Assembly: GCA_043228905.1 (NCBI GenBank)
Contig: JBHGNT010000020.1
Coordinates: 3,844,001-3,908,000, forward strand
DNA: 64,000 bases
DNA from: Azolla caroliniana
Lineage: Eukaryota; Plantae; Polypodiophyta
Direction of reading: 5' to 3'
Part shown: in pieces, positions 52,339-63,752 of the stretch
Layout of the letters: every line of letters begins with the position of its first letter
Position numbering within the stretch: the stretch's first letter is position 1
Program-made: the position numbers and the translations under genes
The notes under the pieces: model-generated
What the model saw: only the letters and a program-made list of their open reading frames with translations
Database searches by the model: none
Told to the model about the DNA's origin: nothing

Positions 52339-53393
52339 AGTCTAAAGGGTTTGATTCTATTGCTCGTAAGGCCAATGGCAGTGTGGATACTGTTGATGTT
52401 GCGGCATGTTTAAAGGGCCCCATCTTGAAAGTAGATGTAGCAACTGACACAAGTGATCTGGTCACACAAGTTGATCAAGCATGTAGCACGGATGACTTGG
52501 TGTTGCAGGTAGATGCAGCATGTAGCACGGATGACTTGGTGTTGCAGGTAGATGCAGCATGTAGCACGGATGACTTGGTGTTGCAGGTAGATGCAGCATG
52601 TGATACCAGTGGACTGATATCGAGCAGATCAGTAGCTACATGCACTGAGGTAATCCAAGGATTGATAACTAAGTCGACAAAACAAGAGCACCAGAATGTG
52701 AAGCTAGGCCCAACACAGTCGACTAGGGGTTTAAAGAGGAAAAGGACACCAGTTGTGTCAGCCGAACCTGAGCTGATTGAGATTGATCATATCCTACCAG
52801 AAAATGGTGTAACAGCGGCTCAGTTTCAGGAATGGAAACCTAAACCACTAGAAGTCGAAAGAAGAGCCTTGATCTTGGAGCTTGATAAAGTCTTGATGAG
52901 TGTGAGATATATGCAGCCAAGGAGGGACGCAAATCAGTTTCTAGAGTGGGTTGTGGAATACTTTGATTTGTTTATTTGGAGTGAAAAACCAAAATCAGAT
53001 GTGTGGAAGTGTTTGGAAAGATTCTTCCCAAAATGGCGAAGTCGTTTTAAAGGTCAATGGGCACGAGAAAATTGTGAGCAAATGGAAGCTGCAAGATTCA
53101 AGAGACTTTCTGATTTTTGGGCTACTTGGCCTGAATATAATGCCGACAATACATTGATTTTGGATACAGAACATTTCCGACACTACTTCAATATTCGGAG
53201 ATGCTGTCTCATTCTACCCGAGGAAATGCCTGAACAGTACCTGGTGCAAATAGTGAGCTGCCAACTAGGTGCATGGTTGTGGACTCCATACCGAGCTCAA
53301 TATGCGGATAATATATGTAGACTCGTTCCACTGACTAGCAAGAGCTTAGCTGTTTATAGGAGATTTGTAGACATTTCCAATGGTAATTTATAA
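52339..53393 (+). CDS. Terminal exon encoding an FCP1/NIF-like HAD-fold domain, probably spliced to the RING gene (isoform B, 801 aa)
   Basis: ALILELDKVL..RRDANQFLEWV.EYFDLFIWS..WARENC..FKRLSDFW..NTLILDT follows the NIF motif order; acceptor ttctgatgttgcag is phase 1, matching donor AA|GTAAGA at 51640/51641. Confidence 0.65.
52479..52600 (+). repeat. Coding 39-bp tandem repeat (CSTDDLVLQVDAA x3)
   Basis: gcatgtagcacggatgacttggtgttgcaggtagatgca repeated three times identically. Confidence 0.95.
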
Positions 53394-53740
53394 ATATGTA
53401 AAGAGATGACATTATTCAATGAAGAATTTAATTACTTGTTCCCACTGTACTTATCTACTGTGTAATTTGAGGAATATGTTGCAGATTGTTGATTTCATTC
53501 TATTGATGACTATTTAGCTATTGACAGCTAATTAGCTGCATTTGTACAGCTAATTAGCTACTGATGACTATTTCGCTATAACTTATAACTTAAAACTTAA
53601 CAAAAAAGACATGATTTTATTGAGAAAGAAGCACAGAAAGCAGACTGTATACAAGAAATTGATTCCAAACGAATTTATTTAACTGTTTTCGCGAAATACA
53701 TGTTTGTTTTACAAGAGAACATGGTAAGTGCTACTTGTAG

Positions 53741-56700
53741 CTACAAATTCCATGGCATACTATTGTAAATACATTCATACACATTAGCACCAACAGTGTA
53801 TAAACCGGAGCAGCTATTGTATTCTGACATTGGGACGTTGATGCATCTGACCAAATGAGAGTACATATACGCCGTTGGTTTGTCTTCTAACAGCCTGTAC
53901 ACATATTCGTAGTCATCTAGTTTTGCATAAAAAATGCCTTCGATGTAGAATGTCCCGGCAGATACAAAATTTCCCCATGCATCTACAATATTCTGCCTTG
54001 CACACTGTTTACTAACCGTGCACTTTAATATATAGAAATCAGCACCCTCTGAATTGCCTTCTTCAGCATTTACAGCGAAGTTATCCCCAACGTTCAGGAC
54101 ATCACTCAAAGTATCTCCAAGTCCCTCATATGTGAAGTCAGCATTCTGCCATGTTTCTCCATCAACTGCTTCCTTATCATTCAGAGTGTGATACTCCCAA
54201 TTCTGAATGTATGCTTTGTTTAGACAATATCTCCAATTTCCCTGCACACAATGGAAGCAAAAACAAGTCAATTCTCTAACCGCAATACAATGACCATCCA
54301 ACCTGGAATAACTGCGAACAGCATGCAGAGATCGCAATTCGGGAATTCCTTGGCACTCCCAGGTCTTCTCCCTATTTACTTCATCTATCTTCACTTCCCA
54401 AAATTCACGTTTGATATCTCGGACTTGCGAGGAATAAACACCTGTGGCACTCGTTGACATATTTGTTCTTAAAAATTCAACTACATGTGATGCACAATTC
54501 ATGTGCACACCATCTGTCTTTAGTTGTTCATGGGTAAGTGCCCGCTTTATAACAGCCCCTGCACCATCATGTTCACCTTTACCATGGCCAGACCCAAAAA
54601 AATTCCATCTCATCTCCAAACCTGTTATAGCAGGATACCTCCCCACAAAATAAAATGGACGTCGAGCCTTGAATTGTGGCGCAGCTCCGTCAGACCAGAC
54701 CCAATGTTGAGTAAGCTCCAAACGTTGAGCTAATAACCACTGCCAATGTAACTTAAAACAGTGTTGGACGAACAAGGTATCATGCTTCTTATCATCGGAA
54801 ATAAAGAAATGAATTACTTTTTTAACATCACCTGAAACTCGAAAATATGTTATGTGCACAAAAATGGTTACCTGAACTGAACACCAATGCATAGATTGAA
54901 TTTCATTCTGCTGCTTGAAAGTATAATTCTCTGCGAAATCTACTACTGAGACTACTACATCATTTGGGAAATCAGATATGCAAGTCTTAAACTGATGGGC
55001 CTGCCATGAATAAATGAAGTTGTGTTTAATGAACTTTCCTAGAGATACTACAAACAGAGACACCAAATCCCTTGGTTTAAGCATCTTCCGAACTAGATCC
55101 TTTCTTTTACACACCTTTCCTTCGAAATTGGTGTTCACTGACTCAAATAACTTCACAGAGATCAATATTTCACTACTCAATTCATTTGGACACCACCTAA
55201 ATCTAGTAGGGCCACAATCTTGACATAAACCCATGACACATTTATGAATATGGAAGATAGCGTCAGTTTCTCTCGGACACAATATTGAATCTAATAAATA
55301 ACTCATGGAAGAGATAACGTGCTCAGATGATTTACACTCCTCTTGGGGGCTTGATCGACAGATTGGGCACCCACATGTGCAAACTGTATTAGTTAGGGAT
55401 GCGCTATGGTGACGTAGTAGATTAACAGAGTCCTTCAGAAAACCCATCTGTACATGGTAAATGCAACAACATGTGTATCGATCCTTTAAGCGTCTCACAA
55501 AGTGTGGCTTAAGAGACTCGAATGTTCGTAGTTGAACTTTGATAGTTGGATGCATTCGTTTGAACCTAATAAATAAATCGACCTGCGTAATAAAGGGGAA
55601 TTAGTTATTCTCGTAACTAGCTAACTATCCTAGTAGCTAATTAGCTATTCTAGTAGCTAGTTAGCTATTCTAGTAGCTAATTAGCTATCATGGTAGCTAA
55701 TTAGCTGTCCTAGTAGCTAATTAGTTGTCCTAGTAGCTAATTAGCTATCATGGTAGTTAATTAGCTGTCGTAGTAGCTAATTAGCTATCATGGTAGCTAA
55801 TTAGCTATTCTAGTAGCTAATTAGCTATTCTAGTAGCTAATTAGCTATCATGGTAGCTAATTAGCTGTCGTAGTAGCTAATTAGCTATCATGGTAGCTAA
55901 TTAGCTGTCCTAGTAGCTAATTAGTTGTCCTAGTAGCTAATTAGCTATCATGGTAGCTAATTAGCTGCTCTAGTAGCTAATTAGCTATCATGGTGGCTAA
56001 TTAGCTTTCCTAGTAACTAATTAGCTATCATGGTAGCTAATTAGCTTGTCTAGTAGCTAATTAGCTATCATGGTGGCTAATTAGCTTTCCTAGTAACTAA
56101 TTAGCTATCATGGTAGCTAATTAGCTGGTCTAGTAGCTAATTAGCTGGTCTAGTAGCTAATTAGCTGGTCTAGTAGCTAATTAGCTATCATGGTAGCTAA
56201 TTAGCTGGTCTAATAGCTAATTAGCTTTCCTAGTAACTAATTAGCTATCATGGTAGCTAATTAGCTGGTCTAGTAGCTAATTAGCTATCATGGTGGCTAA
56301 TTAGCTGTCCTAGTAACTAATTAGCTATCATGGTAGCTAATTAGCTGGTCTAGTAGCTAATTAGCTATAATGGTGGCTAATTAGCTATCCTAACTAATTA
56401 GCTATCATGGTGGCTAATTAGCTGTCCTAGTAACTAATTAGCTATCATGGTAGCTAATTAGCTGGTCTAGTAGCTAATTAGCTATAATGGTGGCTAATTA
56501 GCTACCCTAACTAATTAGCTATCATGGTAGCAAATTAGCTGGTCTAGTAGCTAATTAGCTATCACGGTGGCTAATTAGCTATCCTAGTAAGCTAATTAGC
56601 TATCATGGTAGCTAATTAGCTTTCCTAGTAGCTAATTAGCTGGTAATAACGAAATAACAAACTAGCTACCATGATAGCTAACTAGCTTCCAGTACAACTA

Positions 56701-57859
56701 ATTATCTGGTAGTACCTAAATTAGCTATTGAGAATAGCTAATTAGCTATCATGGTAGTAGTTATTGAGAGTAGCCAGTTACCTATGTAGTAGCTATCATA
56801 GTAGCTAATTAGCTATCATGGTAGCTAATTAGCTTTCCTAGTAGCTAATTAGCTGGTAATAACGAAATAGCTAACTAGCTACCATGATAGCTAACTAGCT
56901 AGCAGTACAGCTAATTATCTAGTAGTACCTAAATTAGCTATTGAGAATAGCTAATTAGCTATCATGGTAGTAACTATTGAGAGTAGCTAGTTACCTATGT
57001 AGTAGCGATCCTAGTAGCTAACTGAGGTAAATGTAACTGATAAGCTAATTAGCTTTTCTGCTAACTGAGCTAATTAACTTTCCGAGTAGAGTCAAAACAA
57101 ATGTTGAGATAAATGTAAATACCTGAGGTACATCAAGAAGATGAATGGGATGCTCCTCGTATTGATTTCTTCCAACACGTTTCCTGCATAAATCCTTTTT
57201 ATTGGGTGAAACCCTACTCTCATTAGTCCAAAACATTGTGATTACATCCTTGATTTCAAATGTTATGGGTGTCATTGGCTTACATCTTGTAGTTAGCTTT
57301 AGTAGACTAGTTCCTTCACCCGAGGAAATTATACGGTTCATTGTATTGTACACTGTTTTTCTACTAACACCAATTACCTTAGATAGCTCACTGATGTTTA
57401 TATCGTCAACATCACTATTAAGTAACATCATTAGACTAGACCTTTTTAAGACAAGATCATCTTCTGACCTGCTCATGGATACGAAACTATTACGAAGATT
57501 ATTTACTAAAATAGATGATATGTTTGCATTAAGACCATCACAATCAACTAAGTCCTTTATCGATGGATCATTACATATTCCATAAAGTACTACCTTCTTT
57601 TCTTCATTGCTGATGTGCTTGGTTTGAACATTGAAATAGTCTACAACCTTTCTCTCTATGATGGTAGTCGCATTACTTACATTCTCAGCTAAACTATCCT
57701 TACCTTTACTGAGTGTGGCTTTCGTATCCTTCAACAATTGACGATGTTTCTTTTTTTTTCTGCCCAATAGTTTCGTATGGCTTGTTGTGTCCTGATAACA
57801 TCATACCTATCCTTATGATCATTGAGGGGTAATTCTAAACACCCTTCTTCCCCTTCCAT
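53741..57859 (-). CDS. Sola2-like DDD transposase, 2 exons (57859-57123, 55582-53741), ~859 aa once a 1-base slip at 57751-57759 is corrected
   Basis: VVDFAENY..QNEIQSMHW, ISDDKKHD, WSDGAAPQFK, FFGSGHGKGEHDGAGAVIKR; Cys-rich blocks CCCIYH and CFCFHC; intron CAG|GT(57122)...CAG(55583)|GTC joins DVPQ-VDLFIRFKRMHP in frame. Confidence 0.85.
55615..57075. repeat. 20-bp-period array of the palindrome TAGCTAATTAGCTA filling the transposase intron, ending in a ~213-bp higher-order duplication
   Basis: About 50 phased units t(a/g)gtagctaattagctNNNN between 55615 and 56640; tggtaataacgaaata at 56641 and 56854. Confidence 0.97.
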
Positions 57860-57989
57860 TTGGCTAGAGATGTTAAAACCCTAAATTTCCAGAAAAAAAA
57901 ACAAGTATTAAAGATGGCTATGGGCAACAACAATACACAAAAATATTCCACACAATACACAAGATTAGACACAACAATACACAAGATAA

Positions 57990-58312
57990 TCAATAGACAG
58001 AAAAGTTATTGCAATCCAAGACCGAACAGTAGAGGATTTCACTCCGTTGGATCCAACAGTTGAGGAGGCGATCCAAGACCGACCAATGGCAACAACTGAG
58101 TGTAGAATGTTGCCGTTGGATGAGTGAACTCCGTCAAATCGAAATGTGGAAGCAATCCGGGACTGGACAGTAGTGGCAACTGAGTATAGAATGATGGCAA
58201 TGGAGGAGAGAACCCCGTCAGATTGAACAGTTACCGATGATGCTTGAAACGCACATAGAAGGCACTTGAGAATAGAGTGGCATAGAGAAGAGAACCCCGT
58301 CAGATTGAACAG
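57990..58312. repeat. ~82-83-bp tandem repeat, left part (continues after the Copia)
   Basis: gagaaccccgtcagattgaacag at 58208 and 58290, more degenerate units to the left. Confidence 0.8.
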
Positions 58313-61300
58313 TGTTGCACACAGTGCTCGGTCACAACCGAGGAATAGGATCAACTCACAGAAAACGGGAAATACAAAGTGCACGAGGACAATAGAGAGA
58401 AGAGTACACAGGTTGTTTTACGTGGAAAACCCTAAATGGGAAAAAACCACGGGAGTCCTCAAACTCCAACTATCACTATAAACAGAGATGTACAATGGTG
58501 AAGCTACAAGGCAACAACCTTGAGCTCACTGTCTTCGCCACAGGCGGCGGTAATACACAGAGGCAACGACCTCTTCGTCTCTCTCTCTCTCTCACTCTCT
58601 CTCTCGGCTGCTCTCACTTCGCTCCCTCTAAGTGAGCACAGAAAAATGAGCAACAACTACTAAACTGTTTGCCCTAAGTCATATTTATACACATATGACT
58701 TTCGGGCTATTTACAAATATAGCCTCAAGGGCTCTTGGCAAACATATTCACAAATATGTCCCCGCATCCGGATCTCTCTCCGGGTACATTCGTCATCCGG
58801 CTCCGTAGCCGGGGTCTTCATCATCCGGCTCCGTAGCCGGGGTCTTCATTCCCGATTCCCGGACATCCGACCATCCCATCCGGAGGGACCGTAATCCCAA
58901 CAAACTCCCCCTTCACTTCGGCATGGGATATCTCTCCAATCCGACCCTCTTCCGGCATGCTTCCAGCTTGTCGGGTGTGAGCACCTTGGTCAGCATATCC
59001 GACCCGTTCTCGTCCGTGTGGATCTTCGTCAGCACGAACTCCTTGTCTTCTATCCTTTCCCGGATCCAGTGATATCTTCGCTGGATGTGCTTCGTCCGGG
59101 AGTGATAGGCCGCGTTCTTTGCAAGGTGGATGGCACTCTGACTGTCGCAGTAGAGTCGGTACTCCTCCTGCCGGATACCGAGCTCTCTAATGAAGTCCTT
59201 CATCCATGTTATTTCCTTGCCGGCTTCAACAGCCGCCATGTACTCCGCCTCCGTGGTTGACAACGCAACCGTCTTCTGCAGCCTCGACTGCCACGACACC
59301 GCTCCCCCTGCATACGTCATCACATACCCTGATGTGGACCGGCTGGTATCTGCATCAGCCGACATATCCGAATCGGTAAAGCCGTCGAGTTCGGGCTTAC
59401 CGGAGCCGAATCGGAGGCACACGTTTGCCGTGCCCTTCAGGTATCGGAGTATCCACTTGACCGCGTTCCAGTGCTCTTTGCCGGGATTGCTCATGTACCG
59501 GCTCACCACTCCGACTGCATATCCTATGTCCGGTCTTGTACACACCATTGCGTACATCAAGCTTCCGACGGCAGAGGCATATGGTACTTTCATCATGTCC
59601 TCCTTCTCAGCCTTTGTCTTGGGGCTTTGCTTGCTGGACAATTTGCAGTTTGTCGGGAGGGTTGACCCGACCGGTCTTGCTTCCGACATGTTGAACCGGT
59701 GAAGCACCTTTGTCACGTACTTCTCCTGTGACAGCCACAACTGCTTCTTCTTCCGGTCCCGGATGATGTGCATCCCTAGTATTTGCCTCGCCGGACCCAG
59801 GTCCTTCATTGAGAAAGTTCGGTGAAGCGCTTTCTTTAGCATCCGTATCTTGGCCTGGTCCCGTCCGACGATCAACATGTCGTCCACGTACAGGAGGAGT
59901 ATTAGAAAGTCTCCTCCTTCGAACTTCTTCACAAACACGCAGTGATCGGACTGCGTTTTGTGGTACCCTTCGTCGGTCATGAAAGAGTCGAACTTCCGGT
60001 ACCATTGCCGGGGAGCCTGCTTCAGTCCGTAAAGGCTCTTCTTCAACCGCCACACCAGGTGCTCCTTCCCTTTCTTCTCGAATCCTTCTGGTTGCTGCAT
60101 GTAGATCTCTTCTTCGAGGTCACCGTGAAGGAATGCCGTCTTCACGTCCATCTGTTCTACCTCGAGGTCCATGCTTGCCGCTATGCTCAACACCGTCCGG
60201 ATGGAGGTCATCTTCACTACCGGGGCAAATATCTCGTCGAAGTCGACACCCTTCTTCTGCTGGAACCCCTTCACCACGATCCTGGCTTTGTATCTCGGGG
60301 GGTTTCCGGCATCTCCCGGTTTCAGCTTGAACACCCACTTGTTTCGAAGTGCCCGCTTTCCTTTCGGCAACTCCACAAGTTCATATGTGTGGTTCTCATG
60401 CAGGGAATCCATCTCCTCCTGCATGGCACTTAACCACCTGCGGCTATGTGTGTCAAGCTTTGCTTCTTCAAAACTCTCCAGCTCCCCCTCGTCGGTTAGC
60501 AGCACGTGCTCTGGTTCCGGAAATCTCCGGGGGGCCCTTCTCTCTCTTAGAGGATATCTCCGTTCCGGAGCTTCGGTAACCGGCTCCTCCGTTTCCTCTT
60601 CATCCGAATCCATTTCGGGATCGGGGCCGGTTCCGGTATCAGTTTCATCTTCCTCGGCCGGTTCTGTTTCTTCACCGTCTTCGGCCGGATCCTCGAGTGC
60701 TAACCGGTCCCTTGCCGGTCGGGACTGCTCCTCGTAGAGTTGATCCTCACCGGTCGACTTGGAGCTCTTCATCTTCTTCTCCAACTCCCAGTCGGCGAGT
60801 GTCTTGTCCTCCATGAAGACGATATCTCGACTCCTGAATATCTTCTTGTCGACCGGGTCCCATACTCGGTAGCCGAACTCGTCGTCGCCGTAACCGAGGA
60901 ATATGCATGGTCGGGTCTTTGGATCTAACTTTCCTCTCCGGTCCTTTGCCACATGCACGTATGCGAGACACCCGAACACCTTCAGATGCCGGTAGGACAC
61001 TTCCTTACCAGTCCACACTTTCTGCGGCGTGTCTCCGTCCAAAGGTACTGAGGGTGATCTATTTATCACATACGTCGCCGTCGACATTGCCTCAGCCCAA
61101 AATCCCTTGGGTAATTTTGCATGTGCTAGCATACTCCGGACCCTCTCCATTATGGTCCGGTTCATCCTCTCGGCCAGCCCGTTCAGTTCCGGCGTCTTCG
61201 GCACAGTAAACTCGAGCCGGATTCCCTTCGAGCGACAGTACTCTGCGAACTGCCCCCGGTATTCCCCTCCGTTATCCGCTCGTATCGCTTTCAGCTTCTT

Positions 61301-63747
61301 GCCGGATTCTCTTTCCACTCTCGCGTGGAGTTCTTTGAAGACGGACAATACTTGGTCCTTTGTCTTCAACGGTGCCGTCCACAGCTTCCGGCTATGGTCA
61401 TCTATGAATGTTACGAAGTACTGAGCTCCGCCATGTGACTTCGCTTCTACCTGACACACATCAGTGTGTACCAACTCCAATGGTGCGCTACGTCTCGTCG
61501 GCGGCCTTGAGTGGAAGGAGGTCCGGTTTTGCTTACCGGCCAGACAGTCGGTACACTTCCCCAGGTGTACGTGCTTTACCGGTATCAGGTTGTCTTCGGC
61601 AAGCCTCTTCATCCCCTTCTCGCTCATGTGGCACAGTCTCTTGTGCCACAACTCACCGGTAGTGTCAGCTGCCACGTTCAGCTCCTCCGGACATAGCCGG
61701 GAATTCATCAGGTACAATGTGTTGACCTTCCGGGCCCGAGCCACTATCAGGCTCCCTTTGCTGAACTTCATGACGCCGTTCCGGATGCTACCCGTGTAGC
61801 CTTCATCGTCTAGCCTCCCGGCCGAAATCAGGTTCAATCGAACCTCCGGAACGTGTCGAACATCCTTCAGCAGCATCTTGCATCCGGTTGATGTCATCAG
61901 CCACACGTCTCCTATGCTGGCAATCCGGCATGTACCTTCATTTCCCATCCGGACACAGCCGTGCTCACCGGCTGTGTAGGATGAGAAGTATTTCTTCTCC
62001 GGGGTCAGGTGGAACGACGCTCCGGAATCGACCACCCAGGTCATCTCTTCACCGGCAAGGTTCAGCTCCCTCTCTTCGGTAATGAGCATTATCTCTTCTT
62101 CACTTGCCGCGAGTGCCGTCGTTCCTTTCCGGTCCTGCCCTCGCCGATCCGGACCTCTCTGGTCCGCGGCTCCCCGGTATGCACCGTTTCGCTCCGGTGA
62201 CTTCTTCGAATCGGTACCGTCGGTTCCGTTGTCTTTCCGGAAATGCCGACAGTTCTTCTGGAAGTGCCCCGGCTTCCCACAGTAGAAGCATGTAGGTCTT
62301 CCCCTCGACTGCGACCGTGTCCCCGACTTCTCCCGTCTTTGCGGACTTCGGTTCCGTTGTCTTCCCCGTTCCGATTCGGTAAGCAGCGCCTTTGAGTCAG
62401 AGGCCGGTTCTTTATCTCTCCGACGCGCTTCTTCATTTAGAATACTTGTCTTTACCGTTAGTAAAGACAAGTTCTCTTCCTTACAGGAGGTGCTGAGTGT
62501 AACTACCAAGTTCTCCCAGCTCTCCGGAAGGGTACACATCAGCATGATGGCTTGCATTGCGTCATCCAACGGGAACTTGATCGCCGCAAGCTGGTTCACG
62601 AATCCCATGAACGTGCTGACGTGTTCGACCATGCTCTCGCCGTCCCGGTACTTAAGATTCACTATCTTCCTCATCAGGGAGGTCCGGGTCAGAGCATTCT
62701 TCCTCTCATACAGTCCGGACAGCTTCTGCCACATCTCATAGGCGTTCGTATCGTTCGCCACATGTTGCAGGACACTTACATCGACATATTGCCGGATCGT
62801 TGCTACGGCTTTCCGGTTCAGGAGCTTCCACTCCGACTCTATTACTCCCTTGGGTATCTCGGCATTGTCGATCGGTTCGTACAGGTCTCGGACGATGAGA
62901 AGGTCTTCCATCTTTATCTTCCAGTCGGCGTAGTTCTGTGAGTTCAACACCATCATGCCCGGAGGCCCACTACCGCCGCCTTCCATTTTCTGTGTTACCA
63001 TCGCTCTGATACCACTTTGTTGCACACAGTGCTCGGTCACAACCGAGGAATAGGATCAACTCACAGAAAACGGGAAATACAAAGTGCACGAGGACAATAG
63101 AGAGAAGAGTACACAGGTTGTTTTACGTGGAAAACCCTAAATGGGAAAAAACCACGGGAGTCCTCAAACTCCAACTATCACTATAAACAGAGATGTACAA
63201 TGGTGAAGCTACAAGGCAACAACCTTGAGCTCACTGTCTTCGCCACAGGCGGCGGTAATACACAGAGGCAATGACCTCTTCGTCTCTCTCTCTCTCTCAC
63301 TCTCTCTCTCGGCTGCTCTCACTTCGCTCCCTCTAAGTGAGCACAGAAAAATGAGCAACAACTACTAAACTGTTTGCCCTAAGTCATATTTATACACATA
63401 TGACTTTCGGGCTATTTACAAATATAGCCTCAAGGGCTCTTGGCAAACATATTCACAAATATGTCCCCGCATCCGGATCTCTCTCCGGGTACATTCGTCA
63501 TCCGGCTCCGTAGCCGGGGTCTTCATCATCCGGCTCCGTAGCCGGGGTCTTCAGCATCCGGCTCCGTAGCCGGGGTCTTCAGCATCCGGCTCCATAGCCG
63601 GGGTCTTCATCATCCGGCTCCGTAGCCGGGGTCTTCAGCATCCGGCTCCGTAGCCGGGGTCTTCATCATCCGGCTCCGTAGCCGGGGTCTTCATTCCCGA
63701 TTCCCGGACATCCGACCATCCCATCCGGAGGGACCGTAATCCCAACA
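58313..63747 (-). mobile_element. Intact, very young Ty1/Copia (Tnt1/Tork-like): 3' LTR 58313-58902, 5' LTR 63018-63747, TSD AACAG
   Basis: aacag|TGTTG...CAACA|aacag; PBS TGGTATCAGAGC 63003-63014; PPT 58903-58912; LTRs differ by one substitution seen plus repeat copy number. Confidence 0.99.
58913..63001 (-). CDS. Copia Gag-Pol polyprotein, uninterrupted (~1362 aa)
   Basis: CFYCGKPGHFQKNC, VDSGASFH, integrase zinc finger and core (HTDVC, ADNGGEY, LAERMN), LLLYVDDMLI, RNase H. Confidence 0.98.
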   Translation of the reverse strand: MVTQKMEGGGSGPPGMMVLNSQNYADWKIKMEDLLIVRDLYEPIDNAEIPKGVIESEWKLLNRKAVATIRQYVDVSVLQHVANDTNAYEMWQKLSGLYERKNALTRTSLMRKIVNLKYRDGESMVEHVSTFMGFVNQLAAIKFPLDDAMQAIMLMCTLPESWENLVVTLSTSCKEENLSLLTVKTSILNEEARRRDKEPASDSKALLTESERGRQRNRSPQRREKSGTRSQSRGRPTCFYCGKPGHFQKNCRHFRKDNGTDGTDSKKSPERNGAYRGAADQRGPDRRGQDRKGTTALAASEEEIMLITEERELNLAGEEMTWVVDSGASFHLTPEKKYFSSYTAGEHGCVRMGNEGTCRIASIGDVWLMTSTGCKMLLKDVRHVPEVRLNLISAGRLDDEGYTGSIRNGVMKFSKGSLIVARARKVNTLYLMNSRLCPEELNVAADTTGELWHKRLCHMSEKGMKRLAEDNLIPVKHVHLGKCTDCLAGKQNRTSFHSRPPTRRSAPLELVHTDVCQVEAKSHGGAQYFVTFIDDHSRKLWTAPLKTKDQVLSVFKELHARVERESGKKLKAIRADNGGEYRGQFAEYCRSKGIRLEFTVPKTPELNGLAERMNRTIMERVRSMLAHAKLPKGFWAEAMSTATYVINRSPSVPLDGDTPQKVWTGKEVSYRHLKVFGCLAYVHVAKDRRGKLDPKTRPCIFLGYGDDEFGYRVWDPVDKKIFRSRDIVFMEDKTLADWELEKKMKSSKSTGEDQLYEEQSRPARDRLALEDPAEDGEETEPAEEDETDTGTGPDPEMDSDEEETEEPVTEAPERRYPLRERRAPRRFPEPEHVLLTDEGELESFEEAKLDTHSRRWLSAMQEEMDSLHENHTYELVELPKGKRALRNKWVFKLKPGDAGNPPRYKARIVVKGFQQKKGVDFDEIFAPVVKMTSIRTVLSIAASMDLEVEQMDVKTAFLHGDLEEEIYMQQPEGFEKKGKEHLVWRLKKSLYGLKQAPRQWYRKFDSFMTDEGYHKTQSDHCVFVKKFEGGDFLILLLYVDDMLIVGRDQAKIRMLKKALHRTFSMKDLGPARQILGMHIIRDRKKKQLWLSQEKYVTKVLHRFNMSEARPVGSTLPTNCKLSSKQSPKTKAEKEDMMKVPYASAVGSLMYAMVCTRPDIGYAVGVVSRYMSNPGKEHWNAVKWILRYLKGTANVCLRFGSGKPELDGFTDSDMSADADTSRSTSGYVMTYAGGAVSWQSRLQKTVALSTTEAEYMAAVEAGKEITWMKDFIRELGIRQEEYRLYCDSQSAIHLAKNAAYHSRTKHIQRRYHWIRERIEDKEFVLTKIHTDENGSDMLTKVLTPDKLEACRKRVGLERYPMPK

Positions 63748-63752
63748 AACAG

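Noticed and set aside
55615-56640. Palindromic repeat array as a CRISPR-like locus
   Set aside because: Linkers are only ~4-7 nt and recur; no unique spacers, no cas genes; the array lies in a spliceosomal intron.
59018-62941. Many plus-strand ORFs over the Copia (and similar ones over other GC-rich elements)
   Set aside because: Antisense shadow frames of GC-rich coding sequence with no motifs.
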